Notes under the pieces: generated by a model
What the model saw: only the letters and a program-made list of their open reading frames with translations
Database searches by the model: none
What the model was told of the DNA's origin: nothing
IMG/VR virus record: IMGVR_UViG_3300037419_001569
Location: 1-49,591 of that record
Length of the DNA: 49,591 nt
Reading direction: 5' to 3' (one strand)
Source of the DNA: a virus
Taxonomy: Duplodnaviria > Caudoviricetes
Position numbers and translations under genes: made by a program
Part shown: piece by piece, positions 16,878-26,125 of the stretch
How positions within the stretch are numbered: the stretch's first letter is position 1
Layout: the number at the start of each line of letters is the position of its first letter

Positions 16878-17336
16878 TTACGAGCCGGCGGCTCCGGCGC
16901 CCTGCTCGAGCGCGCCGGTCACGCGGAACGTCGCGGTCGCGGTGATCTTCGAGCCGGTGGTCAGGTTGTCGGGCGCGTACTTCTTGACGAAGCCGTGCGT
17001 GACGAAATTCCAGTCGGCCGCGCCGGTGCCGGAATTGTCGGGGACGACGATCCGGATGGCGCGGGCATCGCCAGCGTCCTTGGCAGCGGTAAGGAGCAGA
17101 TCCGTCGCGCTTCCGGGGACATAGTTCATCGTTGCCGTGAACGTGCCGCCGTCGATCAGGCCGGAGATGAATTCCTTCCTGCGGCCGGGCGACTTGAGGT
17201 GCGTCGCTTCAACCTCATCGACCTCATCGCTCGGGAAGCCGCATTCGACGACCTCCACAAGTTCGACAAGGTTGGCTTCGGTGGCGTCGGTGGAAACGTG
17301 CAGTTCGCCGCCCCACCCGATGCGGGCTTCGGTCAT
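16878..17336 (-). CDS. major tail tube protein
   Basis: DEVEATHLKSPGRRKEFISGLIDGG, MNYVPGS, ATATFRVTG. Confidence 0.9.
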   Translation of the reverse strand: MTEARIGWGGELHVSTDATEANLVELVEVVECGFPSDEVDEVEATHLKSPGRRKEFISGLIDGGTFTATMNYVPGSATDLLLTAAKDAGDARAIRIVVPDNSGTGAADWNFVTHGFVKKYAPDNLTTGSKITATATFRVTGALEQGAGAAGS

Positions 17337-17355
17337 TTCGTGCTCTCCTTGGGAT

Positions 17356-17736
17356 TTACGCTGGTTGGTGCGGGACGATCAGGTCCGCGGACTTCCGGTA
17401 GATGATCGTATCGCCCTCGCGTTCACCACCAACGTCACGCGGACCGAGGGCAATGTCCGCGCGCTGGAATGTGTGGCCGTTCGACGTGTTGCCGGGGACG
17501 AGAGCCGCGAGCAGCGTCTCCATGCCCGTTTGAACATCGGAATATTTAAAACCCCAAACGTCGATCTGGACGCGGGCGAATTCGAGATCCCAGGCCTTCA
17601 GCGATTGCGGCCTTAGCTCGGTAACATCGTTCAGTGTCGCGTAGGGCTTGGCCGTGCCTTGCGGGGCATTGACCCAATAGGTCCTCGCATAGACGGCAAC
17701 GGCCCGCGCGATGAATGCCGCCTGCCAGTCCATCAA
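17356..17736 (-). CDS. tail terminator (DUF3168-like)
   Basis: APQG..PY, RVQIDVW motifs; upstream of tube. Confidence 0.8.
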   Translation of the reverse strand: MMDWQAAFIARAVAVYARTYWVNAPQGTAKPYATLNDVTELRPQSLKAWDLEFARVQIDVWGFKYSDVQTGMETLLAALVPGNTSNGHTFQRADIALGPRDVGGEREGDTIIYRKSADLIVPHQPA

Positions 17737-18125
17737 ACGAGGCCCGCGACAGTCGCCTGCCCGCTAGCCGAGCCCGACGAGATATTCACGGCAAAGTCCG
17801 AAAGCCTGACGCCGGTGAAACGGATCGTCTTCCGGTCGAGCGGCGCGCGCTCGGTGATATCCCATTGCGAGCCGTCGAAATTGATCCGCGCCGTCAGCGG
17901 CATCGCCTCCAAGACGGGTGAGCGGACGCACTCGAATGTCGCGGTCTGGGAAGCGGCTTCCTGTGCCGCCTCACGCTTCTCCTGCGCCGTTCCGAACCGC
18001 ACCCGAGCATTGCGCGTGGCAATCAGCGTCGGGCTATTCCAGTCCTCGACCGTCGCGTTGTAATCGTCGACGGTCGCCGCCGCCTGAATGAAGGCGATGA
18101 CGCAATCCCTCTGCCCTGCCTGCAT
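17733..18125 (-). CDS. head closure protein (SPP1 gp16-like) with C-terminal extension
   Basis: MQAGQRD, RINFDGSQWDI motifs; follows adaptor. Confidence 0.75.
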   Translation of the reverse strand: MQAGQRDCVIAFIQAAATVDDYNATVEDWNSPTLIATRNARVRFGTAQEKREAAQEAASQTATFECVRSPVLEAMPLTARINFDGSQWDITERAPLDRKTIRFTGVRLSDFAVNISSGSASGQATVAGLV

Positions 18126-18126
18126 G

Positions 18127-18672
18127 TCAGTAGGCCGAAACCGGCCTTAGTTCTTCAAGCAGCCGATCGAGCGCGAACTGGATGCCTGACGAAATCGTTC
18201 CGATGACGAAATTCTCGCGATTGTCGAACCAGTCGCCGATGATCAGCAGCATCGCCCGCTTGCCGATCAGGTAAACCTCGTCGGTCGGGTCGAGCGCACC
18301 AGCCGTATAGCCGACGGTGATCGTTCCGCCGGCGATCAGGTCCGGAAAGCTGTCGCTCGGCGCCGGCCCGATGCGTGCCGGGAAACCAAGGTTCGCGATG
18401 AAGCCGGTATAGGCGGCGTCATCGTCTGGATCCGCGGTCGTTGAATAGCTGATGCTGTCGATGCTGGTGATCGGCTGGCGCCAGATTTCGAGATAGTCGC
18501 CCCAAGCCCTGAACAACTCCGTTCTTGAGCCACTCACGAAAAGATAGCGGGTGACGCGCTCGACGTAGGCACGCGCTGGGGCAAGCAGCGACGTCAGGTA
18601 GGCGTCCTGGCTGTCGTCATTGACCATGTTCACCTGCGCCTTGGCTTCGGCGAGGCTCACCGGCTCCGTCAC
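18127..18672 (-). CDS. head-tail connector (HK97 gp6-like)
   Basis: EPVSLAEAKAQ, RAYVERVT, AMLLIIGDWFDNRE. Confidence 0.9.
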   Translation of the reverse strand: MTEPVSLAEAKAQVNMVNDDSQDAYLTSLLAPARAYVERVTRYLFVSGSRTELFRAWGDYLEIWRQPITSIDSISYSTTADPDDDAAYTGFIANLGFPARIGPAPSDSFPDLIAGGTITVGYTAGALDPTDEVYLIGKRAMLLIIGDWFDNRENFVIGTISSGIQFALDRLLEELRPVSAY

Positions 18673-19100
18673 TTAGCGTCCTTCCCGTCGCGGCCCTTTT
18701 TCGCCGCCAAGGTCCAGCTGTCGGTTCCCGGCTTTTCCTTCGTCGGCTCGTCGCAATGCCAGAGTGAGCCGCCCCAGGTCACGACGTCGCCGCGTTCGTA
18801 CTCCGTCCCCTCGTGGTAGACGCCGCGGTAGAGCATCGTCGGCCACTTGAGCGTGGCGATATGCTCGTATTCGCCGCTTTTGAACGAGAATTCTATCGTT
18901 CGGTCGTCCTCAAGGACGCGGCAGTCGAAATCCTCGAGCGTGAACCCATCGCGCCCGTCCTTACCCGGCGGGCCTTCGGGCAGCTCGCGCAGTTCGAGCA
19001 TCCGCAGGCGATCGGCGACGGGCTGGACTGCGCTGATAATGGCTTCGCGGAATACGGGAGCGATACCTTTCATCAGCACTGCCATTTCGCGGTGGTTCAT
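18669..19100 (-). CDS. portal-linked head protein with short collagen-like motif and small beta-rich C-terminal module
   Basis: GPPGKDGRDG, YRGVY..G..Y..GDVVTWGGSLWHC, WTLAAKKGRDGKD; shares features with 22535..23119. Confidence 0.65.
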   Translation of the reverse strand: MNHREMAVLMKGIAPVFREAIISAVQPVADRLRMLELRELPEGPPGKDGRDGFTLEDFDCRVLEDDRTIEFSFKSGEYEHIATLKWPTMLYRGVYHEGTEYERGDVVTWGGSLWHCDEPTKEKPGTDSWTLAAKKGRDGKDAK

Positions 19101-19112
19101 CGCAGCGCTCCA

Positions 19113-20195
19113 CTAGGCCGCCAGAAGGAATTCATTGTCATATTCGATCCAATCGACCTTTGAGCCGCCGTCGGCCTTTTCGACCGCCCTCATCACCGCC
19201 TCGCTAGAGACGATGCCGGAGAAGATTGCGCGGTCCGACTTCTCGACCACCTTGAGTTCACCGACAGTCGCCAGCGAGCCGACGAACGAAGCGCCGTCGC
19301 GACGTTCACGGGCGTAAATCTTGCCATAATTGACGACGCGGGCGGGTTTCTCCGGCAGGCCTCCGCTCGCCGTCTCGGAGGGCTGCGCAGCGGCACCGCC
19401 AGAAACTCCGGTGGCGGTTGACGTGCCCGAGGACGAACCGACCGCCGAGACTGTGGCGGCACCGATGCCCGAGACGGTCGCGCTTCCGTCAGAGAGGCCG
19501 ACCGCAGTGTCAGTCTCGCCCGCGCCGAGAGCAACGGCGATCGACGTTCCATCGCTCGAGCCGGTGGCGGTCGCGGTCGCGGAACCGACGCCGCCAGAAC
19601 TCGCCGAGCCGGATGCGCCGCCTTCCGCGAGCGCACCCTCGGAACCGTCGGCGGATGCGGTTGCAGTTCCATCTGCGCTGCCGACGGCTAATGCGTCAGC
19701 GGCGCCGATGCCTGAGCAAGATGCGGAGCCGTCGCTCGAACCGATGCTCGTCTCGGGTTCGGCGCCGATCCCCGAAACCGTAGCCGTTCCCGAAGTCGAG
19801 CCAGCCGCTAGGGCGGTAGCAGCGCCAACTGCGGCGGTGCCCGTAGTTCCATCGCTCGAACCGGCTGCTGTACCCTGGGCCGCGCCAACGCCAGAGACGG
19901 TCGCAGCGCCGTCGCTGGAGCCGACGCCAGTATCAGGCTCGGATCCGACGCCGGAGACAGTCGCAGTGCCAGCGCTCGAACCTACAGCGACCGCTTGCGA
20001 TGCGCCTACAGCGGTGCCGCCTGTTGTTCCTGTGCTCGATCCGACGCCGGTGTCCTGAGCAGCACCGATTCCCGAAACGGTAGCTGTGCCGTCCGAACTG
20101 CCTACGCCAGTCGCGGAAGCCGCGAGAGTAAGCGAACCAAAGCTTTGCGGCGGCGGCGGAAGCCTGAAGTCAGGCCGGAAAACTCCGCAGCCCAT
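19113..20195 (-). CDS. Gly/Ser/Ala/Thr-rich repeat virion fibre protein
   Basis: About 12 tandem ~20-aa repeats, consensus GSSDGTATVSG(I/V)GA. Confidence 0.7.
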   Translation of the reverse strand: MGCGVFRPDFRLPPPPQSFGSLTLAASATGVGSSDGTATVSGIGAAQDTGVGSSTGTTGGTAVGASQAVAVGSSAGTATVSGVGSEPDTGVGSSDGAATVSGVGAAQGTAAGSSDGTTGTAAVGAATALAAGSTSGTATVSGIGAEPETSIGSSDGSASCSGIGAADALAVGSADGTATASADGSEGALAEGGASGSASSGGVGSATATATGSSDGTSIAVALGAGETDTAVGLSDGSATVSGIGAATVSAVGSSSGTSTATGVSGGAAAQPSETASGGLPEKPARVVNYGKIYARERRDGASFVGSLATVGELKVVEKSDRAIFSGIVSSEAVMRAVEKADGGSKVDWIEYDNEFLLAA

Positions 20196-20202
20196 TTAAG
20201 GA

Positions 20203-20421
20203 TTAACCTTCAGGGTCACGGCCCATGCGCGTTCTAAGCTTGCGCCTGGTATCGATTACTCGTTTCGCTGTCGCTATATCGGGCAGGCCCGCGGCGACGA
20301 CCTTCTTCCCGAAATGGACCGAGTAAGTGGTGACGCTGATTGGCTTCTCGCGCGGATCGCCTTGCGGCCCCATCGTCTGTTCTTTGACCGGATGGATCGA
20401 ATAGCCCTCGTAATGCTCCAC
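20203..20421 (-). CDS. hypothetical protein
   Basis: AGGAGG SD in end of upstream gene; fills operon gap. Confidence 0.55.
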   Translation of the reverse strand: MEHYEGYSIHPVKEQTMGPQGDPREKPISVTTYSVHFGKKVVAAGLPDIATAKRVIDTRRKLRTRMGRDPEG

Positions 20422-20424
20422 AGC

Positions 20425-20889
20425 TCAGCCCTCCTGCCAGACGAGGCCGCCGGAAACGGTGATGCTGTCAGCGGGAGCGGCGACGAGCTCGATCGTCGCT
20501 CTTCGCCCGCCCTTGATGATCGGGCGGCATTCGGGCGTCCAGATGCGGCACAGAGGTACGCGGATGTTCCAGCCGAATATCTCATCGACAACGATCGTCC
20601 CGGTATTGGCCTGCGTCGTGTCGTTCGTCCTGAGCGTGGCTCCAGAAGCGGCGTCGTCGACGTCCTGCGGGACGATGGTGCCCGAGGACCCACCCGAGCC
20701 TGCGTTCGTCTGCCCCTGCCGGATGCGAAGCCGCAACACCTCCTCCTGAGCGTCGCCGAGGTCGGTCGTCTGAAACAAGTCGAGTTGGTGAAGCCTGACG
20801 GTCGCGGCAGACGGAGCGACGAGGGCGAAGATGTCCTGAACGGCCGTGATCGCCACCGCATCGAAGACGCAGCTATACATTCGGCTCAT
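20425..20889 (-). CDS. putative virion structural protein (beta-rich)
   Basis: GGGAG SD; composition and location in head/neck fibre cluster. Confidence 0.55.
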   Translation of the reverse strand: MSRMYSCVFDAVAITAVQDIFALVAPSAATVRLHQLDLFQTTDLGDAQEEVLRLRIRQGQTNAGSGGSSGTIVPQDVDDAASGATLRTNDTTQANTGTIVVDEIFGWNIRVPLCRIWTPECRPIIKGGRRATIELVAAPADSITVSGGLVWQEG

Positions 20890-20936
20890 CGAGCAATCTC
20901 CCACAGCCGCGAAACTCCTTCACGCATACGCAACTC

Positions 20937-21671
20937 TTACCTGACCAGGAGCGGCAACATCGGGTTCGGCGCCACGAATGGCGACGATGGAACTGCCGCG
21001 TTCAGTCTCAGCAGCAGGCTCGCCCAGATCGTGCTGGTGATCGTGATGCTGCTCAGGCTCACGGCACCGGTGCTGTCGCCTGACGGCGTGCCCTCGATCA
21101 CAAGAAGCCCGCCGCCGCTGTTCGAGGCAGTGAATGAGTTGGTGACCGTCGCATTCGTTGACATCGTGATGTTCGACCAAGTGATGCTGCTCGCGCTGCT
21201 CTGCGAACTTGCATCGCGATCATGCGCCATGCAGAGGAGGAAATGGTCTGAGCCATCGCCTGCAAGGCTGGCAATCGTGTTCGTGCTGCCCGTCGTGCTC
21301 GCCGGCGTCTGCGTCTTGCCGGTGCTCGCCGTGACCGGCGTCGTCGTGTCGCAGCCCGAGTAGACCGCAACGACGCCGATCTTGTGGTCGATACTGCTCG
21401 AGTTGACTACGACGGTCGCGCCTTCGGTCCCGTCGCAGACGCGCTGAAAGATGTTCAGTTGCGTCCCGCCCGCAACGCCTGGACTGCCGACGCTGACGGG
21501 CGAGCCAGGCGAGATGCTGTAGCCTGACGGGGTATTGACGTTCTGGGCGGCTGTCTCGACAAAGATCAGTGCAACATCGCCGACGTTCGGCGTGACCGGA
21601 TATGTTAACGTAATGTCGTTCGCGGCGATCGAACTCGCCGAGGCGCTGACTCCGCGGCGCGTAATGGCCAT
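20937..21671 (-). CDS. putative virion fibre/spike protein, Ser/Thr-rich
   Basis: GDVALIFVET, TPSGY, YSGCDTTTP motifs typical of phage beta-sandwich fibre domains. Confidence 0.6.
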   Translation of the reverse strand: MAITRRGVSASASSIAANDITLTYPVTPNVGDVALIFVETAAQNVNTPSGYSISPGSPVSVGSPGVAGGTQLNIFQRVCDGTEGATVVVNSSSIDHKIGVVAVYSGCDTTTPVTASTGKTQTPASTTGSTNTIASLAGDGSDHFLLCMAHDRDASSQSSASSITWSNITMSTNATVTNSFTASNSGGGLLVIEGTPSGDSTGAVSLSSITITSTIWASLLLRLNAAVPSSPFVAPNPMLPLLVR

Positions 21672-21708
21672 TTAAGCGGCCTTGCCGCGCGCTTCAGCCT
21701 TCACCTGC

Positions 21709-22158
21709 TCAATCTTCGGTTATGGTGGTGGTCGATGCGATGATCGGCGAAACGCCAGTATTCGAGATGACGATGTTCGGCGTCAGCGTCCCGCTGTAGA
21801 GGAGCACGCCAGCGCCAGAGAGCGCCGTGCCGATGCCGAAGTGCGTAGCCGTCTGCGGCAGGTTCGTAGCATCGGTCGGATTCGGAAACGTTTTGTTTGC
21901 GGCTGGCGAGACGCTATTCCCGCTCACCGTGAAACCAGCGCCGGAGCGCGCCGCCGCTTGCCTCGCATAGCCGGTATAGTTGCACTCGTTCGTCGTCTGG
22001 TCTCCCGCCTCGCCAGGATCGGACGTGTGCAGCGAGAAATAGAGCGAACCCGCGGTCGAGGAGCCCCTCAGGCCCGTCGCGTCGCCGACGTTTGCAAAGT
22101 TCGTATTGTTAAAGAGAAGCAGCAAGTAACTGTTCTCAAGGCTGTTCGACTTTGACAT
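21709..22158 (-). CDS. conserved small phage fibre-associated structural protein
   Basis: LYFSLHTSDPGEAGDQTTNECNYTGYAR, THFGIG, LLYSG motifs. Confidence 0.7.
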   Translation of the reverse strand: MSKSNSLENSYLLLLFNNTNFANVGDATGLRGSSTAGSLYFSLHTSDPGEAGDQTTNECNYTGYARQAAARSGAGFTVSGNSVSPAANKTFPNPTDATNLPQTATHFGIGTALSGAGVLLYSGTLTPNIVISNTGVSPIIASTTTITED

Positions 22159-22172
22159 TTCAACAATTCCCT

Positions 22173-22535
22173 TCAGCCGTGAACGATCGTCCCGAAGGCG
22201 ATCCGCACTTCCATGCCCTTCTTGATTTCGTCAGACGTCAGGATGATCTCTGCGTCAGAAGCGCCAACGGTAAGATCGTCGACGATGACTTTCCCCGAGG
22301 CCGTCGTGATCTGCGCGGTGCGCGCCAAGCCCGAATCCCTTGCGCGCGGATCGAGGTTCGCCTTGCCCGCAAGGTTCATCTCGCCGCCGGACACGGTGAA
22401 GGCTGGCGTCTGCAGGCGAACGACGCTCAGGAGCGTGCCCATGCCCTGCGTACCGATCTTCACCAGGCCGTCGGCACCGATCGCGTCGACCACAACCTGT
22501 AGTCGGCGGTTTTTCACGTCAGGGGCGTAATCCAT
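22173..22535 (-). CDS. putative head decoration / fibre base protein
   Basis: MDYAPDVKNRRLQVVVDAIG...LTVGASDAEIIL; TGATG coupling at 22535. Confidence 0.6.
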   Translation of the reverse strand: MDYAPDVKNRRLQVVVDAIGADGLVKIGTQGMGTLLSVVRLQTPAFTVSGGEMNLAGKANLDPRARDSGLARTAQITTASGKVIVDDLTVGASDAEIILTSDEIKKGMEVRIAFGTIVHG

Positions 22536-23119
22536 CAGAGTTCGCGGCGCTCGAATTCCAGAACGCGGCCGCGCTCGTCGTGCTTGGTGACGACGGTCTT
22601 CTCGACGCCCCGCTTGGGCAGGTGGTTCTCGATGGTAAGCGTGATCGGCGGCTGTGCCGTCGGCTTGGCTAACGGGGCGGCAACAGGCTCGGGCAATTCG
22701 ATCAGTCTTCCCTCGCCGAGTTCTTTGCGAAGCATCGCTGAAACGAGGAGATCGTCGTCGTCCGACAATTCCTCGGCGCTCTTGCCGTCGATGCCGTCGC
22801 GGCCGTCCTTGCCGAGAATCTCGCCGAAGTCGCGGGTTGTGCCGTCCGAGAGCGTACAAACCAGATGGCCCTCTCGGCTCACAAATCCGTCGATCAGGCC
22901 CGCACCGTCCCTGCCGTTGATTCCGTCGGCACCGCGCTCGCCGGTTTCGCCCTTCTCGCCTGGGTCGCCCTTCTCGCCCTTCTCCGGCTCGCGCGCCTCG
23001 AGAGCGGCAATCCGCTCCTTAAGCTCGGCATTCTCGGCCTTGAGGGATTCGAATTCGCGATCGACGTAGCCACGGACGAGATCGACGACCTCTTTTCCGA
23101 ACTGTTCACCGTCGAGCAT
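22535..23119 (-). CDS. portal-adjacent coiled-coil + collagen-like protein
   Basis: Coiled coil then G-X-Y run GEKGDPGEKGETGERGADGINGRDG. Confidence 0.7.
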   Translation of the reverse strand: MLDGEQFGKEVVDLVRGYVDREFESLKAENAELKERIAALEAREPEKGEKGDPGEKGETGERGADGINGRDGAGLIDGFVSREGHLVCTLSDGTTRDFGEILGKDGRDGIDGKSAEELSDDDDLLVSAMLRKELGEGRLIELPEPVAAPLAKPTAQPPITLTIENHLPKRGVEKTVVTKHDERGRVLEFERREL

Positions 23120-24476
23120 CAGCGAGCCCCTTGGCTATGGTTGCGAGCGCGAGCGCACGTTGCGCCGCGGCGGCGTTATCGTTAACGGCCTGATCAGGAG
23201 TCTGCGCTGGCGTGGTCGCCTTGGCGAAGGGGTCGTCCTTAGCATCGCGCTTGGCGAGAGCCTCCAAGGAATAATCCTGCTGTTGGCGAAGCACGACGTT
23301 GCCGCCCGGCGTCGGTCCGTAGCCGATTTTGGCGCGCCCCTCGTCGGGCGTGAAATAGTTCTTTCCCTTGTCGAGCACGTCCATCAGGGTCGCGCTGTCC
23401 ATCCGGAGCAGGTTATCGACGTCGAACTCGGTCCCGTAGACCTGCCCGTTGATCGCGACGCCCTCGCCGATGCCGAGACCCTCGTCCAAACAGAGCTCGA
23501 TGTCCTCGATGTGCTTCTGCAGGCACTGGCTGAAATATTCGACGTTGAGCGCCTGGACGTTGTTGTAGCTCGGCAAGGGCCCAACGCCGATCTTGTACGG
23601 CGGGACATGGTAGACCGAGCAGATCATCTCGGCGGTGAACTTCAGCTGCTCGATCAGCTGCGCCTCGTCTGCCGTCATGGTCAGAGATTCGAATTTGAGA
23701 CCGTCGCCGAGGATCGCGATCTTCGCCGCGCCGGCAGCACCCGCGTATTGCGTTTCCCACGTCTCCTTGAGACGCCTGGCGCTTTCCGGGTCGATCTTGC
23801 CCGGAGCCGTGAGGATGCCGCCGGGCCTAACGCCATTCGACGCGAGCCGCGCGCTTGAACGCTGGATGTTCGTCCCCTGTGTTGCGGCGAGAGCTGCGGC
23901 GTAGAGCGGCGAGATGCCGACAAGCGGGTGAAACAGGCAGTTGAAGCGGTCGTGGATGATCTCGCGCGCCGGAACGACAACCTCTTTACCGATGTCCGCG
24001 AGATAGTCGGCGCAGAGCCGGTAGAAGACCTGGCCGTCATCTGAGACGAGCGGCTGAACGCGATCGGGGTTGAGCACGTAGAGAGCAACGACGACGTTGC
24101 GGGCGTCGCGGCGCTTCAAGACGTAGGTATTGCCGCGGTCGAGCTTTGAGCCGACCCAATTCTCGAGGAACTGGATCCGGTTCTGGAACTCGTTCGGCTT
24201 GCGGAGCACCGGCGAAAAGGCCGGGTTGGTGGTTTCCTGCCACACTTGGCCGTTCTGGGCGACGAGGCGAATGCGGTTCTTCGATACGTCGCTGCCGATG
24301 AGCGTCCGGCACGCGAACACGGCGAAATTGCTCAGGCACGTATCGGGCGAAAGCTCTTCGTTGCGCTGCCACGCGCCGCTGAACGGCTCGCGGATGAGCC
24401 CCCACCACCCGCCGGGGCTGTAGGGTACCGATAGATCCTTTTTTGCCCGCGTGATCTGGAGGCCGAAGAGGTTCAC
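23106..24476 (-). CDS. HK97-family portal protein
   Basis: VFAC..LI, KPNEFQ, GNTY, EIIHDR, GISPL, PGGIL, YHVPP motifs. Confidence 0.95.
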   Translation of the reverse strand: MNLFGLQITRAKKDLSVPYSPGGWWGLIREPFSGAWQRNEELSPDTCLSNFAVFACRTLIGSDVSKNRIRLVAQNGQVWQETTNPAFSPVLRKPNEFQNRIQFLENWVGSKLDRGNTYVLKRRDARNVVVALYVLNPDRVQPLVSDDGQVFYRLCADYLADIGKEVVVPAREIIHDRFNCLFHPLVGISPLYAAALAATQGTNIQRSSARLASNGVRPGGILTAPGKIDPESARRLKETWETQYAGAAGAAKIAILGDGLKFESLTMTADEAQLIEQLKFTAEMICSVYHVPPYKIGVGPLPSYNNVQALNVEYFSQCLQKHIEDIELCLDEGLGIGEGVAINGQVYGTEFDVDNLLRMDSATLMDVLDKGKNYFTPDEGRAKIGYGPTPGGNVVLRQQQDYSLEALAKRDAKDDPFAKATTPAQTPDQAVNDNAAAAQRALALATIAKGLADARR

Positions 24477-24703
24477 TATTGGGCCTCTGTGTCGGCCATG
24501 CCGTGCTTGCGAACGTATTCAACGACCGCACGTTCGGCGCACGCTAGGCCAGTCTTCGCGGCGTCCAGTGCAAGCTTAGCGTTGAGTTGCCGACGCTCAG
24601 CCTCGCTGAAAGCCTGCCGAGCCTCCTTGAACGCTGCATCCTGCTCGCGAAGGCTGTCGATAAGGTCGGCCAGCGTCGGCGGCGTGAAAAACGGGTCAGA
24701 CAC
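24476..24703 (-). CDS. small coiled-coil protein
   Basis: GTG at 24703 with GGAGG SD, TAGTG coupling on both sides; (M)SDPFFTPPTLADLIDSL... Confidence 0.6.
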   Translation of the reverse strand: MSDPFFTPPTLADLIDSLREQDAAFKEARQAFSEAERRQLNAKLALDAAKTGLACAERAVVEYVRKHGMADTEAQ

Positions 24704-25422
24704 TAAGCCGCCTCCCTCTCCGAAATGCGGTAATTGTTGGTGGTGAACCGGTCGATCTTGATCGGCGCGATGGTCCACGGCTTGATCTTGCCGGGAAAGA
24801 ACAGGACCCGCGGCGTCGTTTTCTTCGCGACCGCCTTGTAGAGCGGGCCGTACCAGTAAACGCCGTCCTTCTCGTTCCATGTCTTTTCGCGATAGCCGAG
24901 GCATAGCGCGAGCCATGCCTGGTCCGACCCGACGAACCGCTGTCCGGCGACGTTGGCCATCTGCTGATTGAACTGCGAATAAACCTTCGGCCGACAACCG
25001 GCTGTCAACAGCTGCAATGACCCGTTGTACGGACGCGACGGCTCTGTACCCCGGTACAGCACGAGATCTTCCGGCCGATTCAAGATTGGGGCCAAATCAC
25101 CGCCAATCACGCAGTCCAAATCAAATGATGCAATGCGATCACCGCCGAATATGGACGCAGCATCCCGCCTATAAAGCGACAGGCGTCTGAAGCAGTTCGG
25201 CTTCTGGGGCCCCCAGCGGGGCACAATATCTGCAAAGTCTGTCGGAAGTGGGATGATCTCGATCCTCGGATCAATCCCTTCTGGCATGTCGGTGACGCAA
25301 GCTAGGCTATAGCGAAGCGAGCAATTACGCCTCACCATGTCCGCGAACGTGTTGACGTGTTCAGCTTTATACGATGTCCTGCCCTGGGGCTGCCGCCAGA
25401 GCCACGTTATGATGCGGATCAC
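24703..25422 (-). CDS. GT-A fold glycosyltransferase-like protein (GT8-like)
   Basis: Y..EHVN..MVRRN, ACVTD, FDLDCVI (DxD), YNGS, SDQAW, FFPGKIKPW. Confidence 0.75.
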   Translation of the reverse strand: MIRIITWLWRQPQGRTSYKAEHVNTFADMVRRNCSLRYSLACVTDMPEGIDPRIEIIPLPTDFADIVPRWGPQKPNCFRRLSLYRRDAASIFGGDRIASFDLDCVIGGDLAPILNRPEDLVLYRGTEPSRPYNGSLQLLTAGCRPKVYSQFNQQMANVAGQRFVGSDQAWLALCLGYREKTWNEKDGVYWYGPLYKAVAKKTTPRVLFFPGKIKPWTIAPIKIDRFTTNNYRISEREAA

Positions 25423-25901
25423 TCAACCCAAGCCCAAAGCTTGCGATTGACTACCATCGAGACATGGTTCTGCCGGATGCCGAGCTCGTCGGCTATATCC
25501 TGCTGCTTCTTTCCGGCGGCAGAATCTGCTCTAATTTTCCTCACTAGTTCCTCATTCAGTCGAGCGTGAGGCTGGCGCACTCCGCGAGGCGCGTTGTGTT
25601 CGCCCAATCGAGTGCGGTCAGCGAAGTTTTCGAACCGCGTTCCCCAAGCCAAATTGCAGAGTCGGTTGTCCGCCGGATCGCCGTTCAAATGACGGCACTC
25701 CATCCCTTCCGGCGCGGGGCCGACAAATGCTTCCAGCACTAGCCTGTGAACGTAACGTTGAACCTTAGCCCCAAGAGCAACGAGCATGTGTCCGCGCTGC
25801 TGTTTCGACGGTCTTAGCAGCCGCGCTTGATTGCGAACGCGCCCTTGATCCGAAACCTCGTAAAGCCCCTCAAAGCCGGGAACTGCTTTCCAATTCTCCA
25901 T
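25419..25901 (-). CDS. NUMOD4-HNH homing endonuclease with C-terminal HTH
   Basis: ENWKAVPGFEGLYEVSDQGRVR, VHRLVLEAF, CRHLNGDPADNRLCNL. Confidence 0.92.
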   Translation of the reverse strand: MENWKAVPGFEGLYEVSDQGRVRNQARLLRPSKQQRGHMLVALGAKVQRYVHRLVLEAFVGPAPEGMECRHLNGDPADNRLCNLAWGTRFENFADRTRLGEHNAPRGVRQPHARLNEELVRKIRADSAAGKKQQDIADELGIRQNHVSMVVNRKLWAWVE

Positions 25902-25911
25902 ACGGAATTTG

Positions 25912-25951
25912 ATATCAGTTATGCTGCTAGACGCCAACCGAAAACTGATAT
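25912..25951. promoter_or_regulatory. inverted repeat ATATCAGTT-N22-AACTGATAT in divergent promoter (putative RHH operator)
   Basis: Perfect 9-bp arms between HNH start (25901, -) and RHH start (25964, +). Confidence 0.55.
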
Positions 25952-25963
25952 AAGTGCGCTCAA

Positions 25964-26125
25964 ATGGCCCGAGAAAAAAAGAGCGCTCGCTTCATCTTTT
26001 CCGCCGAGCCGAGCCTGCTTCAGAAAATCGACAAATGGCGAGCCAAGCAAAATGGATTGCCTAGCCGAGCTGAGGCAGTTCGGCGGCTGATCATCAAAGC
26101 ACTAGGAACGGGAGGCGCAAAGTGA
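25964..26125 (+). CDS. ribbon-helix-helix (CopG-like) protein, 53 aa, below ORF-track cutoff
   Basis: MAREKKSARFIFSAEPSLLQKIDKWRAKQNGLPSRAEAVRRLIIKALGTGGAK*; GTGA overlap with next gene. Confidence 0.8.
   Translation: MAREKKSARFIFSAEPSLLQKIDKWRAKQNGLPSRAEAVRRLIIKALGTGGAK

Noticed and set aside
20190-20210. CtrA binding site
   Set aside because: TTAA half-sites are 3 nt apart, not TTAA-N7-TTAA; no full site noticed by eye (not an exhaustive scan)
21672-21720. Frameshift/readthrough extension (...KIEQVKAEARGKAA*) of 21709-22158
   Set aside because: No slippery site; more likely a remnant or chance short frame
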